Shown in pieces: positions 1 through 12,843 of a stretch of 64,000 nucleotides of DNA. The position numbers and the translations under genes were made by a program. The stretch spans positions 7,843,599 to 7,907,598 of the forward strand of contig CAJINV010000001.1 of the NCBI GenBank assembly GCA_905178155.1, in the 5' to 3' direction. This DNA comes from Amoebophrya sp. A120 (Eukaryota; Protista; Dinoflagellata). Numbering within the stretch: the first letter of the stretch is position 1; each line of letters starts with the position of its first letter. The notes beneath the pieces are model-generated. The model was not told the origin of the DNA, searched no databases, and saw only the letters and a program-made list of their open reading frames with translations.

Positions 1-529
1 TCTCCACCAGCTCGGTAGAAATGCCCTGAAGAGGCATTTCCGGCTGGGATGCGCTGCGGATGCGTTTTCAATGTGCTTCCGGCTGGGCTTCCTTGCAGCT
101 GGAAACGCACTGCGGCACGACAGCAGAGGCAGTGTCTTTCTCAGTTGATACCGAAAACGCCTGCGCGCCGTCGCGGCAGGTGAACTCTGTGAAAAATGTT
201 CCTTCTAGCGCAAGTTTGCGACGTCACACCCAGCGGGCGAAGCTATTCGAATCTCGTATCTTTCTATACAAAAATTTCTAGCTCTACATTAGCATTTCGA
301 ACGCGTCGTCAGCGCCTAATCGATCCTTGTCTTGCTCTGTTCTTTCGCTCTCGTCTCACGGCCGAGCGCAAGACGAGCCTTGCCTACTTTGCACAGAAAA
401 TCGTAAATTCAGCTTTTTCTTTGTTCTTAAGTTGAGTGTCTAACTATTGTCGGAGTAAAAGTTTTGTTCTTAAGTTGAGTGTTTTGTTCTATCTTCAGCC
501 TTTTCAACGAAATTCAGACGAAGAACTGT

Positions 530-1715
530 TCAGCCCTCGGTCAGATCATCGTTGAAGTAGAGGTGCAGGGTGACGACGTGATCGTCCGGGTCCATGCCGA
601 GATCGAGAAACTCGAGGTCCTGATCCGGAATGCCGTTTTCCACGAGCGTTTTCTTCAGCTCGAGAGGCCGCCCCAGCATTTTCCACGTGTACGACTTCAC
701 GTGAAAATTGTGCACTTCGAGATACCTGTAAAGTGGGTGTGTCGCGAGAACTCGATTTGTAAAATCAGTTTTCTTTGCAGAACATGTGTCTAACGGCAAA
801 CCCAACCAAAAGAATCAACAAATTGACGAGATAGGTACCTCTCTTGTATCTCTTCCAGTGTTTCCTCGCTCGGTACGCACATGAGGACTTTTTGCCTCGA
901 CAACAGGTTCATGACGTAGAACTTGAAGGTCTTCTGCGTCAAAAGCCCAATGCAGTATTTCTCGTCCCTCCACCACGGGGTTTGTATTCCTGTGTAGATA
1001 TGTTTTTGCTTTTGAAAACCCAGCGCGCTTGGCACCGTCACAGGTAGCATCGTGCAAACGTAGCTTAGTAACCTGTATGACAAACACGCACCGTACTAAA
1101 AAATGAATCATGCAACGAACTGCAACAAAATGAAAATACTTGTGTCAAACCCGGGCTCCGGGCTTTCTGGTGGGACGTGCAGAAACCTTCCTTGTGGGCA
1201 GTAGACCTCTCGCTGGTTGGAGACTGTGATGCAAGGTAACAGTTTAAGTTGTGAAATCGAATCTTCGACATAATGTTTTTCCACAACACGCCCGCAGCGC
1301 AACCACAAGAAAGAACTTACATTATGCACGACAAAACGCAAGAAAAGAAAAGCTCTTACATGGGCTTATGTATGTCCTTGGGTCTTTCGTCTCGGCGTCG
1401 AACCAGTGTGTGATATCCGTCCCGGCAGCAGCTTTTATTGGCTCTCTAAGCGGATCTGTAGAAATTAGTATTAGATTTGAGAATCAATAATATCATGCGG
1501 CGAAAAGCGAGTCGCAATGCACCGCGTCAGGTAACTTTATGCACACCCGAAAGAAAAAAACGCTGTCTCCGTCTACCTTCTCGGTATTCGCTGAGCAGCG
1601 TTGAGAGGTCGTACACTTTCCCAAAAATGCTGTGCCAGCCATTGCGCGTCACCTCCTCCTGCGTGTAGAACCGTTTCTTCTTGTACGGCTTTGGCAAATC
1701 CACACTGGACGCCAT
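530..1715 (-). CDS. CYB5D1: Cytochrome b5 domain-containing protein 1 (flagellar); 5 exons approx. 1715-1577, 1455-1360, 1223-1140, 989-839, 725-530
   Basis: The spliced translation gives RFYTQEEV..FGKVYDLS..AGTDITHWFD..YCPQGRFLHVPP..PWW..SYTWK..LHLYFNDDLTE, matching CYB5D1 motifs. All four introns are GT-AG and phase-compatible. Confidence 0.9.
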
Positions 1716-2259
1716 GGTTTTCTCTTTCTACTTCAACAAAACCTCAATTTCTATTGCGTTTTTTCGTAACCTAGGAAGTCCTTCAGAATCTGATCTTCAT
1801 CTTGAATATAAGGGAGAAAAAATAGACTCGGCGAAGATCATAGCGCTAGCGATTAGCAGTGCAATCCCGAGGACGAACGAGCGCGATACGATTTCTGTCT
1901 GCTCTCGATCACGAGCGGTGTCCTCCATCTTCTCTCTGAAAGCGATGGTATAATCTCTCATTCACTGCTTCTAACACAGACAAACTACGACAACGTGCAT
2001 CGGAACCAATACGATACGATTCGCGCGTCCGCCATGGTGTTTGTCCCTTCAAATGAACAACCTTTCCGCACGTGAGCGGCTCGCTGCGTGCGACGGTCCG
2101 TGTTGATATGCGTTCGCTGCAAAGAGTATGTTCATGATGCGTAGTGGAGTTACTTATGTGAAGAATCAATTGCGATGCTCAATGTTGAGTAGCTTATGCT
2201 GGCAAGACGTTCTTTCCGTTTAGGGCTCAACATCCACACGAAGAGACCACTCCAGCACC

Positions 2260-4654
2260 CTATGGCTCTTCCCACTGGATCCCGGCAAAGTCGCCCCACT
2301 TCAGCCGCAACACCTCATTGACACGATCCTCCAGTGTCGCTGAGCTCTCTTCCGGCGGACTTGCGGCGGTGACCAGATGGTTCGGACGGACGAAAATTTT
2401 CCGCTGCTCCGTGCTTGTCGTGGCCCCGTCGTTGCTCCGTTTCGGAAGAAGCAACAGCAAATCCACGCCCTGTTCACTGGCGACAGACCCCTCGTCGTCG
2501 GATGCGCTGAGAATGACTTCGTCCGTGCGATAAATCACCGCAAACTGGCAGCCATTCGCCGACCCCGCTTTCGTATCGTTCGCGTACGACTTCAGCTGCA
2601 GCACCCAAGTTGGGCAGATCGGGTTCTTCAGATAATCGCCTAATTCCTTCACTTCTTTGGACAAAAATCCGACCAGAGACCGTTTTTGCACGCCGACCAG
2701 CTCTTTGGCGCTGTTGCTGCCGTCGGCGATCGCTTGCAGCTGGTCCTTGCTCATGATTCCCGCGGAAGAAGTGCTGTCTCTGGTCTTGTTTCCATCGAAG
2801 CAAAAAGGCGAGGGAAACCCGGTCAACAGCAGGTTGATCAGGCTTGTCGCCGGGTACCCGCTGCGAAGCGTGAGGCTGTGACTGCTACCGAGCGTCTCCT
2901 GCACTTCGGTAACACCGGCGGTCAGGATCGCGGACAAAACGAGGGTCTCCGTGCCGAAATCGTCGTCGAGAGGGAGAGCGGTTTTGTCCTCTTTTTCAAA
3001 TTTCTTGTAGTACATCGAGTTGACGCAAAACTTCGGCTCCTTGTCTGCTTGCTGCAAGCACAGCCGAGTTGCAGCATGCAGAAGCCGTTCTTCTGCTTCT
3101 TCCTGCTCGCTGCCTGTAGAAGGTTTGTTTTCCAGAAAGGTTTATGTCTTTTTGTTTCATTTTCATGTCGTAAGTACGAGGTCATTGAGACTCGTCAAGA
3201 ACAGTATCTATTGGGGAAATAAAACTTATTAATTTACACTGCTGAAGTTGTTAAGTAACCGCGAAAGTCTTACCACTCAACGCTCCCAGCTCGGTCGGAT
3301 CCCGTTTTTCGGTGTGCAGCAGCCAACAGATGACGAAAGCCTGCAAACAGGCCGCCACTGCGTCCGCACAGGGCGCGACGTGGAACCCATTTTCGATGTT
3401 CAAAGGCACGTCTAGACTCGGGGGGACGTTGTAAATGCTGTAGACCGCAGACGGAACCTTCTCCAAACCGGTGCTGCTTGCAATGTCCTCCGTTGGGGAA
3501 GTTTTGTTCTTCCTCGTCAACCCTGTTGTTGTCCCGCTGGAAATAGTGGACGAGATTGCTGCAGTGTCGGTGCCCGATCTTTCCTTGGGAGAAAACGACA
3601 GCTTCGCGGCGGCTGAATCCGCTAGTCCTGACTTCGTTTTCTTCTCGTCTTTATCCTTTTCACTGATACTGGTCCAACCGCCGGACACGACCGTTTCCTC
3701 CACGTCGTCAACAAGCAAATCGGAAAGTTTCGTGGTCTGTTTCTGGAAGACAGGCGAAGCTTCGAACTCATCATCGAAATCCTCATCATATTCGATGTCT
3801 TCCTCAATCTCGTCGCTGTCGTCCGGGCTCGGCTTCTTCTCGGTCTTTTCATCGGTTGGCTCCTCCGCCCCTGGTGGCCGGAGTATGCTGGGCGCGCCGC
3901 CAAGTGCCTTCTTTCCTGTTGTTGCGGACACATCAACAGCCTCAAGCGATGGCGAATCGAGTACCTCCTTCGACTCGGGCTTATTATCTTCGGGTAGAGC
4001 AGTGCTGTCTGATTGATTTTTTTCCTTTTTACTTTCATCCGCATCTGTCTTTTTCCCACTGTCGCCGCTTGAAACTTCATTGGTCTTGCTTGTTGAAAAA
4101 GTTGCTGGTGCCACTGTGGTTATTTCGGGAGACGGAGAACGACCTTCCTCGGAGAGGGTGGTGGACTCGGAGAAGTTAAACTTTTGCACTGCAGTTTCCT
4201 CAACGTTGGAAGGCTCCTCCTGTGTGTCTTCTGCCGCATCGATTTCAGGTTTGTTCGGCTCAAATGGTTCGACCGCGTCTTCTGTTTTTCCCTCACTCTT
4301 GGACTTGGTCCCGCTGTAGTTCTTCGTCTTGTCATTGTTTGGCTGTGCGTCGTCCTTTGCATCAACTTCTTCCTCCGAAGACGAGTGGACTTTGTCGCAC
4401 AGGCGTTGCAACAGACCGCAAACCTGATCCTTGTTCTTCGAAATCAGGAACTTGTCGTTTTTCCGCCGGAGAAACCGCTCCAGCGCCGAAACGCTCCCTC
4501 CGCTCTGGGCCCGGAGCAGTGCTGTTTTCGGGATCTCGATGCAGTAGTGATGAAGTGCATCGGTCGTCTTGGTTCGGTACTCAACGACCAGCGCCGGTGG
4601 TTGGTAGCGCAGAGCGAAACGCAAGGGCTCGATGTCCGCATCGGATTGGGGCAT
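2260..4654 (-). CDS. N-terminal CEP19-like domain + acidic linker + C-terminal MINDY-3/4 (FAM188/DUF4205)-like deubiquitinase domain; exons 4654-3274, 3113-2260
   Basis: PLRFALRYQPPALVVEY resembles the CEP19 N-terminus. APC..AACLQAFV, LINLLLTG..FDG, VGFLS and GDYLKNPICPTWV match MINDY-3/4 motifs. A phase-1 GT-AG intron joins the two ORFs in frame. Confidence 0.75.
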
Positions 4655-5144
4655 TGTGATTTTTCGATTTTAGCGGTATTGGGGACAAAAGACACACAGG
4701 GGACAAAAGACAAACATCACATAAGTACTCAGCTATACGGCAAATCGACAGGGGAAAACGAATCTCTCTGAGAGGCGGGGGCTGTGAGTTCCTTGGGTTT
4801 ATTTTCCTCCGTCATCCCGGAGAAAAAAAGCACAGCGGGTTTTCGCAACCAACAAGCAGCTTTATTTTTCTCCGTCTCTCTTCACGACATGTCTCTCGTC
4901 CCGAAGTTGTCTTCCCCCAGAAGCAGAACACTTGACTACTTGGAGATTGAACCAATACTATGTAACGCGCAGAAAATGGCACTGGTGATGACTATGCTCA
5001 TCAAGCAGGACGAGTGTTTTTTCGTTTCATGGCGCTTCACCGGTTCGCTTCTGAGCGCACTCCACGACAAGACGGCCCTTCTATTTTTCGCCTCGCCGCT
5101 GTGTCTTAGTAACACCATTTGTGAAAACAAACACGACAGATACT

Positions 5145-7904
5145 CTACCATTCGTCTTCGCTGGAATCGTCACGCGCCCTTCTACCCAATTCCAACCAAT
5201 CCACGGCAGGCGCCGGACCCATCAATCGCCTCCATTCCGCACTCCTCTCAAATAATAGGTCCGATTCCCTTCTCTGTCGAGGAGGGTATCTCTTTTGGTA
5301 ATCGTCGCTGTCCAGAGACGCGTCTGACGTTGTACAACCAGGATCGCTCTCGTCAGCATTGTTTTTGTTCTTCCCAAGCCGCCCCCTGAAGTACTCTCCA
5401 AGAGAACGAAAGTTAAACACAGGCTTCTTCCTGCAAACGCGGTTTTCAAACGTAGTTGCGATTCCTTCTTCATGCACGCGGCGCGGAAAGTGTTTACTGG
5501 TTAACGACAAGTTACTGTCGGAGTCTGCTTCGTAGTACTCGTAGTACTTCTCAGGATCACTTTCGTTCTGATCCTCGAGAGGAGTCTTTGTCTCGGGACG
5601 CACCTTCGTCGGATTAACCGCAACAAGCTGAATTGTAATGGGGTCGTCCATCGTGGCGCCGCACAGCTCTCGATTTTTTGCCCTATCCCGCAACATCAAA
5701 GTACACACGTCCAGCCACGGCATGGATCCAAGACGGCGCAACTCCAGTTGTACCAACTCTGGGTCGTGGCAGTCGAGCACAAATCCAACGCGTTTGAAAG
5801 AGATTCTCCCCGTGGTGCGCCCGGTCACATTGGGACGGACCAACTCGTAGTTAACATCCGGGAAAACCGCGGGTAACCAGGAAAAAATGTCTCCAAACGA
5901 CTTCATGACGCTGCGAAACGCGTCTGTCTCCGATACTTCGAAAACAAACCGACGCAACCGCCTCAGATCCGCGATAAACTCCCTCGCTTCCTCGTTCGTG
6001 TCGAAGAAAGCTTGAACACGCGATGACTGGTGCTCCACACGACCTTTGCGCGCAGCAGTATGCGCACAGCGGTACTGCTTCGGATAGTCGATGCAGACCT
6101 CAGCCCTGTGACAAGCAGGAGCATCGCCCGTTTTTTGCGTCGCTTCGACAAGAGACACCTGCACTTTCCGGCCGCGCATGTCTTCAGCAGAAGGACTTTC
6201 ACCGGGCCAAAAGACCGGGTAGTCAAAAAATCTCAAGCGGACCAAAGCACCCGTCTTTTGCTTCAATTCTTCTTCTCGAGTTCCATCCCCAGTGTCTTTG
6301 CCATCTTCCCAGGCTGCAATTCTTCCACGGTCCATGAGACCCACATAGGGCATTAGGTCACCAGTGAATGGGCAGGCCATAAACCCGCACGAGTACTCAT
6401 TCCAATCTTCAGAGTGCGGCCTGTCCTTGGTGGCAAAAATTCGATGCTTCTTGCCGAAAACGAAGCCAAGAGTGCACCTCGCGCTCATAGCCTGTTGAAG
6501 TTCCGCAAAGCATTCCTTACCCTCCTCAACGCGGGTATAGGAAAGAAGTTGCCCACGGTCGAAAGTGCCGCGCGGAAGAATTTCAGGGAAGGAAGTTTCC
6601 AATTTCGGACCGGCATGATCTCGGGCGAAGAGCGCCATGCTCCGGACTGCTTCACGAAAGATGGCGGCTCGGAGAACCTCTTGCGCGCGCAGCTCTCCAA
6701 GTTCCCAGCCGGCCTCGCCAGTTACGTGAAATCGCTTGTAGCCAAGCGGATCGTGGTCTTTAGAGCGAAGGCGGTAGGCATCAAAAACTTTCTTGTCTTG
6801 CGAGGGACTCTTCAAAAAGCCCGACTCGCCACTGGTGATGCAATCGTTGGCCATATTCCGGATTTCGAACTTTACGGCTCGCTCCGCCACCGTGGGAATA
6901 TTCGTCAGCCTCTGGAAGGCTTTGTCCATCTCGAGGGAATAGGCAGCGGCCTCCGCATGTGAAAGCTCCGACACCCTGAACGGTGCAGTGGTGACGGTGT
7001 CCATGTGAGTCGCAAGCACAGCACGCTGAGCAAACCGGTTTTCCCAAACTTGCTTCCTCTCATCGAAGAGCTGTCGCCGCAGCTGCAACCACTCTAATTG
7101 GTACAGCAAATCCGCAGGAGGCTGCGCAACACCACTACCCTCACTCACACTCGCCACGCTTTTCGCCTTTTCCTTGTCCTCGTCATCTGATGTGCAACCT
7201 GACCCGTTCTTGCTGGATACTTCGTCACTTTCCGTTGAGCCTTCCGCTTCATCATCCTCCGCAGCACCGTCGCTTTCCTGTTTTCCGCCAACATCTGAAC
7301 CGCCCTTCACCTTACACTTGTTCGTCGAGACAGCTACGTTTTCGTCGTCGTTCATCTGCACTTCGTGGTCACATGCAGCATCTTCTCCGTCGAGGTTTTC
7401 GTGTTCCGCAGTGGCAAGAGCGTCGTTCAGTCTAACTGTGCCAAAGTCGATGTCCTCGCGCAAGCCATCACTATCCAGCACCTTGCATTCGGATAGGATA
7501 CAGATTTCTTCGCCCTTCTCCAATCGACGCACCTGCTCGGTCGATACAACATTGTTATCTTGCGAAGTGCGCACTGTCTGGTGAGCTCTGAAGAACTCCT
7601 GGGAAAAACACTTTCCTGGGCACAGTTCCGCAAATTGGCTCTTTCGCACAATCAGCGCTGGCTCGTCCATGGTGAACCTTTTCAGCGGGTTTAACGTGAC
7701 CCTGTGCTGGTCGATTTCGTCGGGTGACAGCTCCTCGGGCATCATTGGCCCCTCGTGGTGCCGGGAAAACAGCCGATACATCGTTCGTGGAAGCTCCCTG
7801 CTAGTACCAGTATCAACAAAGGTCAAGGCAAGGAAGTATATATAATATGGGAGTAGTTGGAATCTGACTACGTATTCTCTTTGATTTACGTCTGATACTT
7901 TCAC
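5145..7904 (-). CDS. Hypothetical protein (~900 aa); the true start is probably in an upstream exon near 8090-8300
   Basis: 919-codon stop-free ORF on the strand of the gene block. A GTAAGC donor near 8088 suggests an upstream exon. No family recognised. Confidence 0.65.
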   Translation of the reverse strand: MKVSDVNQREYVVRFQLLPYYIYFLALTFVDTGTSRELPRTMYRLFSRHHEGPMMPEELSPDEIDQHRVTLNPLKRFTMDEPALIVRKSQFAELCPGKCFSQEFFRAHQTVRTSQDNNVVSTEQVRRLEKGEEICILSECKVLDSDGLREDIDFGTVRLNDALATAEHENLDGEDAACDHEVQMNDDENVAVSTNKCKVKGGSDVGGKQESDGAAEDDEAEGSTESDEVSSKNGSGCTSDDEDKEKAKSVASVSEGSGVAQPPADLLYQLEWLQLRRQLFDERKQVWENRFAQRAVLATHMDTVTTAPFRVSELSHAEAAAYSLEMDKAFQRLTNIPTVAERAVKFEIRNMANDCITSGESGFLKSPSQDKKVFDAYRLRSKDHDPLGYKRFHVTGEAGWELGELRAQEVLRAAIFREAVRSMALFARDHAGPKLETSFPEILPRGTFDRGQLLSYTRVEEGKECFAELQQAMSARCTLGFVFGKKHRIFATKDRPHSEDWNEYSCGFMACPFTGDLMPYVGLMDRGRIAAWEDGKDTGDGTREEELKQKTGALVRLRFFDYPVFWPGESPSAEDMRGRKVQVSLVEATQKTGDAPACHRAEVCIDYPKQYRCAHTAARKGRVEHQSSRVQAFFDTNEEAREFIADLRRLRRFVFEVSETDAFRSVMKSFGDIFSWLPAVFPDVNYELVRPNVTGRTTGRISFKRVGFVLDCHDPELVQLELRRLGSMPWLDVCTLMLRDRAKNRELCGATMDDPITIQLVAVNPTKVRPETKTPLEDQNESDPEKYYEYYEADSDSNLSLTSKHFPRRVHEEGIATTFENRVCRKKPVFNFRSLGEYFRGRLGKNKNNADESDPGCTTSDASLDSDDYQKRYPPRQRRESDLLFERSAEWRRLMGPAPAVDWLELGRRARDDSSEDEW

Positions 7905-8457
7905 TTTTCAGAGTGAAGGAAAAAACCTCGATGTCGGGATTTGCGGATACGTGAGTGAGCAACTATCAAGTACGTTGTGTGAGCACGAGGATGAAAGTAG
8001 TGATAGTAAATGTCAAGTTCTCCTCGTTGTACTTACAGTAACCATTGTAACAAAGTTCCAAGTAGTATCAATCAACCGCTGCGCTTACCTCTTCTAAAAG
8101 AAAACTTATAGACAGACGCGGAACGATCCAATGTAATACCAGACATCTCCTTCGCGTTCCGGCACAACGCATTCATGAACCGTCGAATATGATCTTCGTC
8201 ATGATCTTTTCTGCAACGCAAGCTAGAACATCGCTTCTTGATCGACCAATGGGGTCGGACCCTGCGCTCTGTCTCTGTGTCTGTCTGCAACAAGACCGGC
8301 AAAAACTGAGCGTGGAACTCAACTGTATGAACACCGTCGCATTGCCGACAGTCGTGCCTGCATCCGCCTGTGGCGGCTGCCAGCGGCAGCGTGGAAGGTT
8401 AGATATGGTTATGGATCTTCCTGCGTGAATGACAATTTTCCGCACTGAAGCGAGGGC

Positions 8458-11139
8458 TTAAGACGACCACTTCGCAGTCCAAGACGCGATGGAACTTTGC
8501 CAGCTCTTGCTACTGCTACTCTCCTTCTTTTCCCGCTTGCCACCACTTTTTGCCGAACTTCCACTACCTCTTCGATAGTTCAGCACAGCATCAGCATGCT
8601 GTTGCGATGAACCAACATCGCCTGCGTTAGTTGAGTGTTTCTTGTGTCTCACCCCCATCGGCGATATCTGTTCCGCGTCGTCTTCTGCGATCGTCTGTAA
8701 CTTTGTTGCATCGTCGACCCCGCCGCGCTGCAGGGCGCGCTCGATCGCCGCGGCATAGCTCGAATCCAGCTGGCTTTTCCTTGCGTTCTCTTCCTGTTCG
8801 GCCTCGTTTCCTCCTGTTCCGTTGCGGAACGCCGCGAGTGCATTCTGGCGCTCGTTGTCGGAAAAGTTGTCTTGATTCGACATCAAACCTAGCCCGCCGA
8901 AGCCGGAGGAACTGGAGGAGGAAGGTCCGCTATTGCTTCCAAAGAAATTGGCGTTGAAAAGTGCTGACCCAGACTCTTCCCTTGGGGCAAACGGATTGTC
9001 CAAAACCGGATCTCCCACGTCACCGAGCAATTGGACCGACGCGTAGCTGTCGTAAGACGAGGACGAGGCTGCTGCTGTTGCAGGAACGGCAGGAGCTGCT
9101 CCGTAAGGATCGAGGGAAAAGCCCATCGAGAAACTAGTGCTCGAGCTGTTGTACAAATCGCTGGAGAAAGATGTTGCCGTCGTGCCACTGCTGCTGTAAA
9201 AGTTCTTCAGGTACGCGTCTGCGGAGGAAACGAAGTCCGGCGTCTCCGATGTCCCCGCGGGCTGTGAAAGAGAGGAAAACGGATCTGCATTTAACACTCC
9301 GTCAGCTCCTGTTTGCGGATTCTGGTGCTCGTCCGGATACAGTTCGCGCTCGTATTTCGTGCTGGTCGTGGACGACATCCAAATATTTCGCACCGGATCC
9401 TTCGAGGGACTGTACTCCGGGCTAATCGACTCGTGGTCGCCGATGGCGCTGTGCAGCGGCTTGCTGGCCGACCGCGGGGCGCCGGAGGAGTCCGCTAGTT
9501 CGCTCGGCACCGCGTCCGAAACCGGCGGCAACGCGGACAGCACGCGCGCATGGGTTTTGCTCGGCGGTCGTGCGGGAGCCGTGCCAGTGCTCGGGGGCTG
9601 CGGGGTTCTGGGTTCTGCGTCTGCGCTGGTGCCCAAAATCCACTGTGGCAGCCAGGCACTCTGGTCGCCGAGTGCGGTGCGCAGCGTGCCCTGTATCTGC
9701 TCGGCGTACGGCGCGAAAGCAGAAGCAGACGAGGCTCTTGGTCTGCTGGTTCCCGCGGTGCTCGACGAACTGCTGGAAGTAGACGCCTGCATTCGGAGAT
9801 CTACTTCCGCCGCGTTGCCACTCACACCACCTCTTGGCGTGGCTGTTGAGGCCCAGGCCGAGGAAGAAGCAGATCCTGATTCCGCGGAGCTTTTCTTCTG
9901 TCCGCCAGAATAAACACCATTTGGCTCTTCCTCGCTCGTGGGTCCTCGGCTGGAGGATGCGGTTGTGCTCCCGTCCGCCGCTGCGACTTTCCCAAAAATA
10001 CGCTCCGCCAGTGCGCGCCCGGCAAACTCAGCACCCGGTGCGGAAGGGGCTGGTAGGAGTTGTGAACTTACTTATTATTTCCCAAGATTTGCACCGATAT
10101 CAGCATTATTCAAAATCGAAACGAAACGAGCCATGCTCTTCTCAAATCCATCATCAAACTGACATACTTACCCGAGCTCGCTGCAGCGACGAATTTCAGC
10201 TCTTTTTTCATCTCGACCGCGTCTTCTGCCGGTGGGGGCGCGCCTTGCTCGCCACACAGCATGCACTTTTGGGTTTTCTGCGAGCAGGGTGGGCAGTACG
10301 CAAAGTCGATGTAATTTGTTTGCAACAGCGTGTTGCACTCCTTGCAACTGACGGTCTTCGCGATTCCCTTCTGTCGCTTGGAACTGTCGTCGTGCCGCGG
10401 GCAAAAATGGGCCCGCTTAGCGTTTTGCTTTCCATACGCCCTGATAAGTTTCGTGACGAAGGCCAAATCAAAGGGGGTTCAACGTAGGGAAAGCAGCATG
10501 CGCAAGAACTCACTGCACACGCGAGGACACCATGCATCCAAAAAATTACGCAGTCCCTATACTATTTCTCGTAGAGCGTGAGCGTGTGGAAACAACAATG
10601 AAGCAAAAGCTTTCTCTTTACGAGGTACAAGATCTTTTCCTTCTCCGCAGCCTCTTTTTTGGCTGCTTCGTCGTCTGACGGCTGATTGCTGACGCCCATG
10701 GCATTTTTCATCACCTTCATGGCATCCAACCCGATTTCGAATGAGAGCTTTTCCAGCTCGAAACTGACCGTCCCCAGCCAGTTGACTTGGATACGGAGGT
10801 CCCCGAGTTTGCCTGGTGACGAGACAGTGTTATTTGTTTGGACAGCACTGATTACTTGTTCTAGGTGTAGTAGGAAGGGCACTTCTTTAGTACGATACGT
10901 GCAAGAACAAACTCCTCGCATGACAAACCTGCAGACCACACAGGTCAAGATCAAGATGTAGAAGTTGTTGTACCATCTTTGAAATAGAGCGGCGATTGAC
11001 ATTCCTGAAGGTCCTCGTTGATCTGGTCCACCTTTAGCGTCAGATTTTTGAATTCCCCGGGCGCAGCCTTCTCCAATCCAGTCACGTATTCCCCTATCCA
11101 CTCCTTCAGGACGTACTTTAGCACGTCCGACGCCATCAT
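8458..11139 (-). CDS. Chorein_N (VPS13 N-terminal)-like domain + CRIPT-like Cys-rich zinc finger + long Ser-rich tail; exons 11139-10974, 10812-10629, 10440-10172, 10049-8458
   Basis: VLKYVLKEWIGEYVTGL..FKNLTLK..PLYFKDGKLGDLRIQVNW is Chorein_N-like. CKEC..YCPPC..KCMLCG is CRIPT-like. Three GT-AG introns keep the frame. Confidence 0.75.
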
Positions 11140-12843
11140 TGCACGTTTACTTCGCTATCAGAAGAGCTCCGCAAAAGTCAGAATCACAGAATTTAGTCGT
11201 GGGTCCTCGTCGTATGGGCAACCAAGAGTAAAAGTTGTTCTTGTTCTCAAACCATTTTTCAACTTACAAAACAGAAGTCCTCTATGGAAGTACAGTTTTT
11301 AGATGAACAAACTAGTGTAAATAGCCATCATCCCCAACCGGCTCCTTTCAGTTTGCCGCAAAACAGCTGCGCAGCTTTGCTCTCCAAGTTTGAATTCCTT
11401 TCTGCGCCGTAGGTTCCTTATTCCCCCAAAGAAACGGAACAGAAACCGTAAATACCGTGAGAAAATTTCTTTGCTCGAACACGAACTGAAGCGAGGCTAG
11501 GCAAAGCTCTCGGGTAGTTCACCCCTGAGCTCCATCCGGGCGTGGATGAAGTAGACCACGTCACACACTACGTAGCGTTTGGAACTTATTTTGATACAAC
11601 ATGGCCAAGTGAATTTCTTCCGGATTATTTTTACATCATGATCCTGTATAGCTTGAGGCTCATATTTTTGTTTCTAGAGTGATGTTCATTTTCAGCATTT
11701 TATCGGGTCCATTGTCCGTCGATAGGTATAAATCTTCGCTTGCAAACCCGGCGCACAGCTGCTTTGGCTGCCCGAGATAGTGTCGACGAGAAAGCGCACT
11801 TGAGCTTCTTGGTAAGGTACCTGTTGATTGCGTTTATTGACGCTACTGCCATTCCTGGAGGCAGAGACTTGACTTCAGCACTAAACGAAAAAGAAGCTGC
11901 GAACGCAGCAAGTGTTGTTCTGAGCTCCCTCGTCGGCTGTAGAAGAACTGGTCAAATCACATTTTATACCTCCTCCTCTGGGCCGTTTGCGTGGTCAACT
12001 TGCGTTTATGCGAGGAATTTTCGGTACAACTCCCACTTACCGCCTCAGCTCGATGGTGCTGCTTGTTCTCGTAGACACAACACACACAAACACTGTGTCG
12101 ACTAGTATCACTTGTTGTTAGACTAGAATTGAAAACGGAAGAATGCTTGTTGAATGGTCAAACTTGTTGAAATGACGGATGAATCAGATACAACGAGCAA
12201 AAATGTTTCCAGGGTTGAGCGTTGTATCCATCTACTCTACCAACAGCGGACCTTGAGTGTCCGTGATAAATAAACCAGAGTCTACTGACTTGGTGGTGCT
12301 GTACTCTCTACGAAATCGATGATCGAAAGTACTGTTACATCTGAATAAAGCGTATCTGTATTTAGAGGTAGGCTGTGAAGCTGAAACTGTAAGTAACTGA
12401 ATCCTGCGCGATAAGTAATTAATTTTTTCGCGGTAGCACTACTTGGGGAGTGATAAAGGCGAGGGCAAAGGCGGTTAGTCGTGAGAAGGGTGCGGTGTCA
12501 AAAGGGTTAAGGTTTGCTTCGTTTTGACTCATTGCGCGTAAATCGAGAGCAGAACCCGGGTGAGTATAGTCTGAAAGCAATTTTCTCATCCCAACTTGGT
12601 CGCTTGGCTGCTGTGTAGAAGGAGCAACGTAGGCTGTGAAAGTTTTTCGCCTAGAAAGTAGGTTTTTGGGTGAGAAAGTTCTAAAAATGACGGCTCACAT
12701 CATGAAAAAAAAGTTTTTATTTTGTCGTAGTCGCCAATTTTGTTGTGGTTTAAACAGCTGCAGTTGAAGTTTTTCCTGTCGTTCCGAATTTTGTTCCTTG
12801 TCTCCATTCACAACTATCACCAGTTCGTGTGCGCTTGCGCTTT

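Noticed and set aside
421-482. 19-bp direct repeat ttgttcttaagttgagtgt (two copies)
   Set aside because: A small local duplication in a 3' UTR or intergenic region with no further structure.
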